The position numbers and the translations under genes are program-made. Below the pieces are notes generated by a model. That model was given only the letters and a program-made list of their open reading frames with translations. It was not told the origin of the DNA and searched no databases. Of a stretch of DNA of 64,000 bases, positions 26,826 through 37,751 are shown piece after piece. The stretch comes from Octopus sinensis (Eukaryota). Location: positions 1 to 64,000 of the forward strand of contig NW_021832385.1 of the NCBI RefSeq assembly GCF_006345805.1, given 5' to 3'. Each line of letters starts with the position of its first letter. The first letter of the stretch is position 1.

Positions 26826-26869
26826 CCACCTGACGAATGTCATTGAAGACATGAAACGATTGTGTGTGG
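26826..26869 (+). ncRNA. Hammerhead, family F, 3' copy with altered cleavage site
   Basis: Core and stem II match 24690, but ...cgattgtgtgtgg replaces ...cgattgtagtgg. Confidence 0.7.
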
Positions 26870-26975
26870 CGGTTTATTTCTTTATATTAAAAATTTTTAT
26901 GTATTGATTAAGTCTTTCCTTTCCTGTTTGTTTTGCAAAGTAGTGGTTTTGTCTCGAATTAATATTATATATATG

Positions 26976-27027
<52 letters not shown>

Positions 27028-27140
27028 ATATATATATATATATGATATATATATATATACATATATATACATATATGATATATATATATTATATATATAT
27101 ATGATATATATATATATGATATTATATAATATATACATAT

Positions 27141-27191
<51 letters not shown>

Positions 27192-27194
27192 TGA

Positions 27195-27289
<95 letters not shown>

Positions 27290-27292
<3 letters not shown>

Positions 27293-27530
27293 AGTGGGCT
27301 GAAAAGAATAGCATGCAGTTCAATACTGAAAAGTTTCAAGCTTTATACTATCAGCATGCAAAACTAAATGCAATACCCAATGAATACACTGGACCCGGAG
27401 GTATTGCAATCCCAGAGGCACAATCAGTGCGTGACCTGGGTATTCACATGAGTGATGACGCGACATTTCATATACATGTTGCCATACTGGCAATGAAATG
27501 TAGACGGCTGGCTGGATGGATTCTTAGAAA
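27290..27530 (+). mobile_element. Short internal LINE RT fragment matching ~30510-30750
   Basis: [21 protein letters not shown]...GWILRN. Confidence 0.88.
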
Positions 27531-30500
27531 TCCATCCAGGCGTTGTTTGTACGAGCCTGGAAATGCGCCGACGGAGATAGCCCTAACAATGTGATTACGG
27601 CTGCGCTGAAGAGCGGCAGCTACAAAAGGACAATAGCTCAGATAGAGCGAAAGAAACAGGAATTCATACGCTCCTATGCGCTTGTACGGTCGCACATTGG
27701 CACACTTGATGCCATTTTTGAGAACGAGCAGGGCAAAGATGGCAAGGATGGAGACGATGAAAGAAGTCACCCCCACCTGGTGGACACCCGGGAAGGGGTT
27801 TTGAACGAGAAACCTGCCCGGGAAGTGAACCCGAGTACAAGTGCTCCTACCGACAGCAAGGGCCATGGAGATGGAGAACCCAGGGAAGAAGTAGAGGGAG
27901 GAAGAACAAAAAGAAGGACTGAAAGAGATAAAGGAAAAGCTCAAGCAGGACCAAAGGGTGAAACAGCCAGGAATAGAAGCGGAACCGCAAGGGATGGAAA
28001 CAAACAGCGCACACGGGTGTGTAGGTTCTACCTGAGAGGTACCTGCTGGCATGGAGAGGAAGGTGCAGGCTGCCGCTTTGCACATCGGGGACTCTGCCGC
28101 AGAGACACGAAACGAAAACAGATAAACAAACCATCAACACAAGGAAAAGGGATGGACCACGCACCACCTGCCCCAAAACGGAGGTACGCAGATGTGGTGC
28201 GTGCCACGAACCGCCAACATGATGTTGTTGAAAGGGCAGCTGCTGAGCAAGAATCCTTTTTGTGCATGGCACAAAAGATTGTACAGCAGCTGACCTGGCT
28301 TCATCAAACCCAAGCTCGCACAATATACAAGACCACCACAGCAAACAGACCCAAGATGGACACCGCCGGCAACAACATCCACCTCACCTCGATGCTCCTA
28401 CTGAACATCAGAGGACTGCAAACACTCAGTAACAGGACAAAAAACCGGTTCTTGAGAGACTTTGTCGCATGCAATCAAGCCTTATGCATAGCACTCACGG
28501 AAACGCACCTGAAACCGGACATAGCAGATGCGGAATTACACATCCACAGTATGTTGTACTACGGACCGACAGAAAAGAAAGGAGTCATGGAGGAGTTGCT
28601 ATGTACATCCGTGAGGACCTCACACCCCAGGTCCTTTTGTCATACTCAAACTCGGTGTGTGACACACTAATTGTACACATAAGGCAACTTGATGTAGTTG
28701 TGTGTGCTACATATCGCACTCCAGATGCCCCAAGCCATGTGGGCAAGTTTGAAGACTGCCTTATAAAAATAGAAGTTCTAATCACATTAGAACAACACAT
28801 AAGTGTACTTCTCATGGGAGACTTCAATCAACACAATGTCAGATGGCCTGAGGGCCTTTCTCTCCCAGGAATGACAAGATGTGAACGAGGACAGGCGAGG
28901 TCCCTCCTGAACCTCATCAACACCCTTTACATGGAGCAAGTAATACTCCAACCAACAAGGGCAGGTAACACACTGGATCTCTGCTTCACAAATAATATGG
29001 ATCTCATCCATAATGTGAAAGTGACACCGACACTACTCTCGGATCACAACATGGTAGAGCTGACCATGTACGGGCCAAAGAGAGCATGCATGCAGCCTAC
29101 AAGAAACCCTCAGAATCTTTCCAGCTTGAACTACCATGAGGCACCTGGAAACAAATTGAGAAAGAGATCCTCAAACAAAACTGGCCTAAATGTCTCTCCT
29201 CGCCAGACATCGACGTGAAACTTCAACAATTCATGTCTGTAACGCAAGCCATATGCTACAAATGTGTCCCAGAGAGAAAGGCCACTGTACACAAGAACAA
29301 AATCCCCAGAGAGAGGAAAATTTTAATGAGACGGCGTACAAAAATTTCAAATCACCTAAACAAACAGATTGAAAGCAGTGAAAAGTCCCGCCTGAAAATT
29401 AAACTGTTGGAAATTGAAAAATGTCTGCAACTCTCCCATGAAAAGGAAAGAGCAGACAAAGAAGCCTGGGCTATAGAAAAATCTAACCCCAGAGCTTTCT
29501 ACAAGTATGCCAAAGAAACAGCTACAGTGCACTGTAAGATAGGGCCACTCCTTGAAAAGGATGGCACACTTACAGGAAAACCAATGAGGGTAAGTGAAAT
29601 ACTGAATGAGCAATTCAAGAGTGTTTTCACTCCACACCTCGGGCATTTCCAAATCACAAATCCAACTGACTTTTTTACCACTGCAGATATAAAATCAGAG
29701 GCGGCGACGATAAATTACATCGATATAAAGGAAGACGATGTAATAAAGGCTATAGATGAAATGAAAACAGACTCAGCTACTGGCCCCGATGGATTCCCGG
29801 CAATCCTCCTAAAAGTATGTAAGAGAGTCCTAGCAAGACCACTGCAGTTCCTCTTTCAGAGCTTCCTTGCAGCTGGCAAACTTCCAAGAAAACTGAAGGA
29901 AGGTAAAATATGACCCATTCATAAAGGAGGCAGCAGAGCGGAGGCCAAGAACTACAGACCTATCTCTCTGACCGCACACATCAGCAAGGTCATGGAACGA
30001 ATAGTCAGAAGGAAACTGATCCCCTTCCTTGAAGAAAATGGCTTGCTGCCCGACACCCAACATGGTTTCCGACCGGGGAGAAGCTGTTTAACTCAGCTCC
30101 TACAACACTATGACTGGGTGCTGAAACAACTGCTCAACCACTCAAATGTGGAAGTGATATATCTCGACTTTGAAAAGGCCTTTGATAAAGTCGATCATGG
30201 AATGATATGTCACAAACTGCGTGATCTTGGCATAGTTGGAAAATTGGGAGAATGGCTTCATGACTTTCTGAAGAATAGAAGTCAGGTGGTAGCAGCCAAT
30301 GGGGCCACTTCCATTAACACGCAAATAGTGAGCGGTGTTCCGCAGGGCACTGTTTTGGGACCACTACAGTTCATAATGGCCCTCTCAGACATGCCCTCAG
30401 CCACGCAGAGAGCCACGATCACAAGTTATGCAGATGATACAAAAGTTTCACAGGCAATACAGAACCCTGAGGACACTAAGCACCTGCAATGTGAGCTGGA

Positions 30501-31433
30501 CGAAATATACAAGTGGGCTGAAAAGAATAGCATGCAGTTCAATGCTGAAAAGTTTCAAGCTTTATACTATCAGCATGCAAAACTAAATGCAATACCCAAT
30601 GAATACACTGGTCCCAGAGGGATTGCAATCCCAGAGGCACAATCAGTGCGTGACCTGGGTATTCACATGAGTGACGACGCAACCTTTCACGTACATGTTG
30701 CTAAACTGGCAATGAAATGTAGACGGCTGGCTGGATGGATTCTTAGAAACTTTAGAACAAGAGAACAAGAAACCATGATGTTCCTCCTGAAGACACTTGT
30801 CCTAAGCCACTTTGACTATTGCTCTCAGCTATGATCACCATCCAGTGTCAAGTTCATCACAGAACTTGAGGCGATCCAACGAAGCTACACGAAGAAGATA
30901 GCCTCTGTGCAGCATATGAGCTACTGGGAAAGACTCAAGAGATTAAAGCTCTATTCCCTGGAGCGTAGGCGAGAAAGATATGCCATAATATATATCTGGA
31001 AGATCCTGAAAGGACTTGTCCCAGACTTTGGCATCGAGAGTCACACAAATGCCAGAACAGGACGTCACTGCGTAGAACCAAGGACTCCAAATTTGCCATC
31101 AAGACGTAGGACAAGATATTGTGATAGCCTGGGCTTCAGAGGCCCACAGCTCTTCAATATCCTCCCGAAGAACCTGAGGGACCTGCATGGTGTAGATGCG
31201 GATGTCTTTAAAGTAGGACTAGATCTCTTCCTGTCAGGTGTCCCGGATGAACCAACTTCACGGCAGGAGGTGCAGATGAGGGCAGCTGCATCGAACTCTC
31301 TCATGCATCAGATGGCGTTTGCTAAAAAGCATCCGTGAGGTAAAATCGTGTAGCAAACCAAATGGCGGTGCCCCAGCATGGCCACAGCTCATTAGCTGAA
31401 ACTGGAAAATCAAAATCAATCAAAATCAAAATC
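27531..31433 (+). mobile_element. CR1/L2-group LINE copy 2 (ORF1 nearly complete, APE, RT with YADD, (AAATC)n tail)
   Basis: ORFs 27543, 28469, 29215, 29992 and 30907. In-frame TGA at 29911 and 30832. Tail at 31407-31433. Confidence 0.93.
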
Positions 31434-31461
31434 ATATGATATATATATATATATATATATG

Positions 31462-31495
<34 letters not shown>

Positions 31496-31521
31496 ATGAT
31501 ATATATATATATATATATATG

Positions 31522-31556
<35 letters not shown>

Positions 31557-31564
31557 ATATATAT

Positions 31565-31613
<49 letters not shown>

Positions 31614-31624
31614 ATATTATATAT

Positions 31625-31718
<94 letters not shown>

Positions 31719-31883
31719 AGATGGCTAGCAGCAGGCTGTTTCGCCTCATACCGAAGGAATTAGAAACGGCAGTCAAAGACCGTTTTTTCCATTTTCTATA
31801 AGTGAGATTCCAAAAACGAAGCCCTTACGGCTCACATACACAAAACCGGAGTGGCAAATATACGAAAGCAATCACTTACCGTT

Positions 31884-31950
31884 ATAGCGAACACGTGTTT
31901 CTGGATCACAAACATAGAAAAAGTAGTTTGAATTCCGTCATCAGCGCTAT
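31884..31950 (-). ncRNA. Type I hammerhead ribozyme, family C
   Basis: Minus strand reads atagcg CTGATGA cgga..caaac...gtttg..tcca GAAA CACGTG TT cgctat; stem I is 6 bp. Confidence 0.85.
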
Positions 31951-32433
31951 ATTCGATAGCTTTACCAAATGCCACCAGCCCTCACTTCTGACCCAGCGAC
32001 ATCAGATAGTGGGGGGAAGTGCGCAGATGTTAAAACTAAGTAACGACTGGGAACGTAAATTTTCCCTCCAAAATCCTGCCATGCGCGCCTTCTGGGTAAT
32101 CGTAATGGAATGAGGATCCCACATGGTAATGCAATAAAATGGTAAATAATTTTCCTGTGGTTTTTCATGTAACCAACAATTATTTACCGGTAAATTTCGG
32201 TATGTAAATACGACAAATTAATTGTCAGGACCTTTGTAAGGTTCAGTAAATAGTAAAGAAAATAAGATGGCTAGCAGCAGGCTATTTCGCCTCATACCGA
32301 AGGAATTAGAAATGGCAGTCAAAGACCGTTTTTTTCCATTTTCTATAAGTGGAGATTCCAAAAACGAAGGCCCTTACGGCTCACATACACAAAACCGGAG
32401 TGGCAAATATACGAAAGCAATCACTTACCGTTA

Positions 32434-32500
32434 ATAGCGAACACGTGTTTCTGGATCACAAACATAGAAAAAGTAGTTTGAATTCCGTCATCAGCGCTAT
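32434..32500 (-). ncRNA. Type I hammerhead ribozyme, family C
   Basis: Identical to 31884-31950. Confidence 0.85.
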
Positions 32501-32983
32501 ATTCGATAGCTTTACCAAATGCCACCAGCCCTCACTTCTGACCCAGCGACATCAGATAGTGGGGGGAAGTGCGCAGATGTTAAAACTAAGTAACGACTGG
32601 GAACGTAAATTTTCCCTCCAAAATCCTGCCATGCGCGCCTTCTGGGTAATCGTAATGGAATGAGGAATCCACATGGTAATGCAATAAACATGGTAAATAA
32701 TTTTCCTGTGGTTTTTCATGTAACCAACAATTATTTACCGATAAATTTCGGTATGTAAATACGACAAATTAATTGTCAGGACCTTTGTAAGGTTCAGTAT
32801 ATAGTAAAGAAAATAAGATGGCTAGCAGCAGGCTATTTCGCCTCATACCGAAGGAATTAGAAATGGCAGTCAAAGACCGTTTTTTCCATTTTCTATAAGT
32901 GGAGATTCCAAAAACGAAGACCCTTACGGCTCACATACACAAAACCGGAGTGGCAAATATACGAAAGCAATCACTTACCGTTA

Positions 32984-33049
32984 ATAGCGAACATTATTTC
33001 TGGATCACTAACATAGAAAAAGTAGTTTGAATTCCGTCATCAGCGCTAT
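32984..33049 (-). ncRNA. Hammerhead, family C, stem III palindrome destroyed
   Basis: Plus strand has gaacattatttc in place of gaacacgtgtttc. Confidence 0.55.
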
Positions 33050-33697
33050 ATTCGATAGCTTTACCAAATGCCACCAGCCCTCACTTCTGACCCAGCGACA
33101 TCAGATAGTGGGGGGAAGTGCGCAGATGTTAAAACTAAGTAACGACTGGGAACGTAAATTTTCCCTCCAAAATCCTGCCATGCGCGCCTTCTGGGTAATC
33201 GTAATGGAATGAGGAATCCACATGGTAATGCAATAAAAATGGTAAATAATTTTCCTGTGGTTTTTCATGTAACCAACAATTATTTACCGGTAAATTTCGG
33301 TATGTAAATACGACAAATTAATTGTCAGGACCTTTGTAAGGTTCAGTAAATAGTAAAGAAAATAAGATGGCTAGCAGCAGGCTATTTCGCCTCATACCGA
33401 AGGAATTAGAAATGGCAGTCAATGACCGTTTTTTCCATTTTCTATAAGTGGAGATTCCAAAAACGAAGGCCCTTACGGCTCACATACACAAAACCGGAGT
33501 GGCAAATATACGAAAGCAATCACTTACCGTTAATAGCGAACACGTGTTATATACGTATATACATATATATAATATATATATATATTATATATATATACAT
33601 ATATATACGTATATACATATATATATATATATTATGATATATATGATATATATATATATATATTATATAATATATATATATATATATTATATATATA

Positions 33698-33742
<45 letters not shown>

Positions 33743-33760
33743 ATATACATATGATATATA

Positions 33761-34797
33761 TTTCCGTCACCGTGTTGTATACTTTCGAGGTTTTCTTCCA
33801 AGGAATCTAATGCGATTGGCTTAGATTTCCCTTGGCGGGCTGCCCAGATTGGAGCAATCTCAAGATTAATCAGCCGAAATTGCGAAGATGATCTGGTTCT
33901 TGACTGATGACTGAGAGCTTCGATAGTCCCGTCTGTGTGTTTTTTGCCGTCTTCAAATTGTTTCACGTTCTTGTCCCAGTTTGTGTTTTTTTAACGTTTA
34001 CCTATATACATGGCGGCTACGTACCCTACCCTTTAACCCTATACTGTAAGTATATTACTCTCTAACATTGGTACGACTCGACTACTCTGTCTCTTTTTCC
34101 CCCCTCTCCTACTTTTCTCTGCCTTCACCCTTTTCACTCCCCTTGTTCCGTCTCTTTCCCTCTTTTTCTTCTCCTCCCTTGTTCCCCTTCTTTCTTTCTC
34201 TCTTCCTCCGTCCCTCCTCTCCCACATTTCTCTGCCTCTCAGACCTTATACCCCACTTGACCTGTCCCTTTCCCTCTCCTGCTTCTCTCTTCATCTGTCC
34301 CTTCCTCCTTTTTGTGCTCACGTGACCAGCTAGCTACTACTGCCTTTCGCATCAAGTAGTTGGCGTGACCACACGTATGTGTTCGTGCTCCGTTTGCCTT
34401 CAGGCACTTATTCCACAGCCAGCCTATACCCTCCTCGTCCTGTCGAAAGACGCTTGTCCTGACGTCCTGGTTTTGTTATGATTGTTTTTACGTTATTTTG
34501 TATTTTTATCCGTGCTATCTTTATTGTTTTTACGTATTTTTGAATTTTTTTCGAGTAACATCGTCCGTTTTCCCGTCACCGTGTTGTATACTTTCGAGGT
34601 TTTCTTCCAAGGAATCTAATGCGATTGGCTTATATTTCCCTTGGCGGGCTGCCCAGATTGGGGCAATCTCAAGATTAATCAGCCGAAATTGCGAAGATGA
34701 TCTGGTTCTTGACTGATGACTGAGTGTTTTTTTGCCGTCTTCAAATTGTTTCACGTTCTTGTCCCAGTTTGTGTTTTTTTTAACGTTTACCTATATA
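33761..34797. mobile_element. ORF-less element with ~240 bp direct terminal repeats and a CT-rich core
   Basis: ccgtcaccgtgttgtatactttcgagg...aacgtttacctatata occurs at 33761-34008 and 34569-34797. (TA)n flanks. Confidence 0.65.
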
Positions 34798-34866
34798 TAT
34801 ATATATATATATATATCATATATATATATTATATATATATATATATATATAGATATATATATATAT

Positions 34867-34917
<51 letters not shown>

Positions 34918-35320
34918 ATATATATATATATCATATATATATATATGATATATATATATATATATATATATGATATATATTATGATATATATATGTATAT
35001 ATATGATATATATATATGATATATATATATATTGATATATACATATATATATATTATATGATATATATAATATATATCATATATATATATATACGTATAT
35101 ACATATATATATATTATACATATATATATATATACGTATATACATATATATATATATATATATGATATACATGATATATATTATATATGACATATATATA
35201 TGATATATATACATATGATATATATATATATATATGATTATATATGATATATACATATGATTTATATATATATATATGATATATATATATTTATATATAT
35301 ATATATGATATATATATATA

Positions 35321-35362
<42 letters not shown>

Positions 35363-35406
35363 TATATATATATATATATAATTATAATATATGAGATATA
35401 TATATA

Positions 35407-35464
35407 CTCTTTTACTCTTTTACTTGTTTCACCATCCGGCTGAGGCCATGCTGGGGCACCGCCC
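35407..35464 (-). mobile_element. Isolated 3' tail of a SINE/LINE related to the local LINE family
   Basis: Minus strand reads ggcggtgccccagcatggcc-tcagccggatggtgaaac-aagtaaaagagtaaaagag, matching the LINE 3' UTRs at 20550 and 31364. Confidence 0.75.
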
Positions 35465-35583
35465 TTGTTGCTACCCTCTCTAAGTCCAATATTATATATA
35501 TATTATATATATATATATATATAATATATATGAATAATATATATATATATATATATATAATATATAAATATATATTATATATG

Positions 35584-35633
<50 letters not shown>

Positions 35634-35634
35634 T

Positions 35635-35671
<37 letters not shown>

Positions 35672-35779
35672 CTATATATATAATGATATATATATATATA
35701 TGATATATATATGTATATATGATATATATATATATATATATATGATTATATATATATGTTTATATGATATATATATATA

Positions 35780-35854
<75 letters not shown>

Positions 35855-35900
35855 ATATATATACTATATATGATATATATATATATATATATTTATATAT

Positions 35901-36263
35901 TGTGAAATAGAAAGATGAATAATCTTGTTGCAGATTAATCAAAAGTTTAACCGATACCTTGGTAGCAAAAATCACAGCAGAAGACAGCACGGTTGGAGGT
36001 ACAACCATATGGTGTTGCAACCGTGCGTTGGTGCGGATAATTGAATTTTAATATTATTATTGAATTGAAGAAATTGAGTTGACGAAGATTGAACAGAAAT
36101 CGTTTTATTTCATTCTACACGTGTTTCGAAAGGCACAATTTACCAAATCCGATTGAATAATGAGACCATATTGTGTCTTTCTCTTCAGGAAGAAATAGGA
36201 AATCCGTTGGAAAAAACAAAAACAGAACAGAGCGGAGCAAAAACCAAATCGAACTAGCCTAGT

Positions 36264-36267
<4 letters not shown>
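35901..36267 (-). mobile_element. Solo pLTR-like repeat, family E
   Basis: Homologous to 52837-53139. Both copies start tgtgaaatagaaagatg at a (TA)n edge. Confidence 0.75.
36113..36191 (-). ncRNA. Type I hammerhead ribozyme, family E
   Basis: Minus strand reads ttc CTGAAGA gaaagacacaat...attgtgcctttc GAAA CACGTG TA gaa. Confidence 0.85.
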
Positions 36268-36310
<43 letters not shown>

Positions 36311-36437
36311 ATATATATATATATTATATATATATATATATATATGATATATATATATATATAATATATATATATATGATATATATATATATATGATTTA
36401 TATCATATAATATATATATATATATATATAATATATA

Positions 36438-36478
<41 letters not shown>

Positions 36479-36481
36479 GAT

Positions 36482-36525
<44 letters not shown>

Positions 36526-36716
36526 ATATATATATATATGATATATATACATATATATAATATATATATAATATATATATATATGACATATATATATTTA
36601 TATATATGATCTATATAATATATATATGATCTATATTATATATATATGATATATATATTATATATATGATATATGTATCTATATATAAATATCTATATAT
36701 ATATCTCATATATATA

Positions 36717-36786
<70 letters not shown>

Positions 36787-37707
36787 CAGCTGGACACAAT
36801 ATACAGGTGGGCTGAGGACAACAACATGCAGTTAATGCATGTAAATTCCAGGCCCTGCGCTACTGGCACACAAAGGTAAATGACGTGAAGACTGGATACA
36901 CTGGCCCAGGAAGAATTGCAATCCCTGAGTCAAAATCAGTGCGTGACATGGGCATTGACATGAGCAATGATGCATCTTTCCAAGTGCTTAATGCTAATCT
37001 GGTGATAAAATGCAGACGGCTGGCTGGATGGATTCTCCGAACTTTCAGAACAAGATAGAAGGGGACACTGATGGTCCTCTGGAAAACATTCGTACTCAGC
37101 CGCTTGGACTACTGCTCCCAACTTTGGTCACCACACAATATAAAACTAACAGCAGAACTCGAAGCACTTCAGAGAAGCTACACAAAGAAGATCGTCTGAA
37201 TGCAAAATATCAGCTACTGGGAAAGACTGAAAGTATTAAACCTCTTCTCCCTAGAGCGGAGGCGGGAGAGATATGCCGTGATATACATCTGGAAAATCCT
37301 GGAGGGTCTTGTCCCAAACTTTGGCATTCAAAGTTACTCCAACCGCAGAACGGGGCGCCACTGCATGGTGCCAAGGATTCCAACATCACCATCAAAATAC
37401 AGGTCCAGATACTGCAACAGCTTGGGTTTCAGAGGACCACAGCTCTTTAACTTCCTCCCTAAATGCCTGAGAGACTTACATGGTGTGGATGTGGGTTTCT
37501 TTAAAACTAAACTGGATCTCTTCTTGTTGGGAGTCCCAGATGAACCTACCTCACAACAGGAGACGCGGATGCAGGCAGCAGCATCGAACTCCCTTGTTGA
37601 TCAAGTGCCACGTATCAGAGGTGGATTCTCAAATTAGTGTAGCTCATTCAGCGGTGGTGCCCCAGCATGGCCGCGGCCTTCGGGCTAAAACATTTTTAAG
37701 GATTTAA

Positions 37708-37711
<4 letters not shown>
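36787..37711 (+). mobile_element. 5'-truncated LINE (related subfamily), RT C-terminus + 3' UTR
   Basis: SYWERLKVLNLFSLERRRERYAVIYIWKILEG; ggtgccccagcatggcc; (TTTAAGGA)2 tail. Confidence 0.9.

Positions 37712-37747
<36 letters not shown>

Positions 37748-37751
<4 letters not shown>

Larger units (their letters stand above)
24337..26970 (+). mobile_element. Penelope-like element F: ~490 bp direct repeats (24337-24830, 26477-26970) flanking an RT ORF
   Basis: Direct repeats start atcgttgcatagacg and end gtctcgaattaatatt; each carries a hammerhead. Confidence 0.9.
31716..33548 (-). repeat. Tandem array C: ~3.3 copies of a ~550 bp monomer, one minus-strand hammerhead per monomer
   Basis: agatggctagcagcagg recurs at ~31719, 32265, 32816 and 33365. 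(TA)n flanks both sides. Confidence 0.95.
34798..36786. repeat. (TA)n microsatellite field containing two short insertions
   Basis: Direct reading. Confidence 0.92.

Noticed and set aside
27543-28670. Apparent single-ORF Myb-CCCH-APE fusion in LINE copy 2
   Set aside because: Comparison with the other copies shows the fusion results from a ~14-nt deletion; the consensus has ORF2 in the -1 frame.
29911-30834. In-frame TGA codons as possible selenocysteine or readthrough
   Set aside because: Other copies have TGC and TGG at these positions, so they are single-copy nonsense mutations.
31802-33212. ~104 aa ORF repeated in array C monomers
   Set aside because: It is antisense to the ribozyme, has non-ATG starts and a variable N-terminus, and no domain is recognised. 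Cannot be fully excluded without a homology search.
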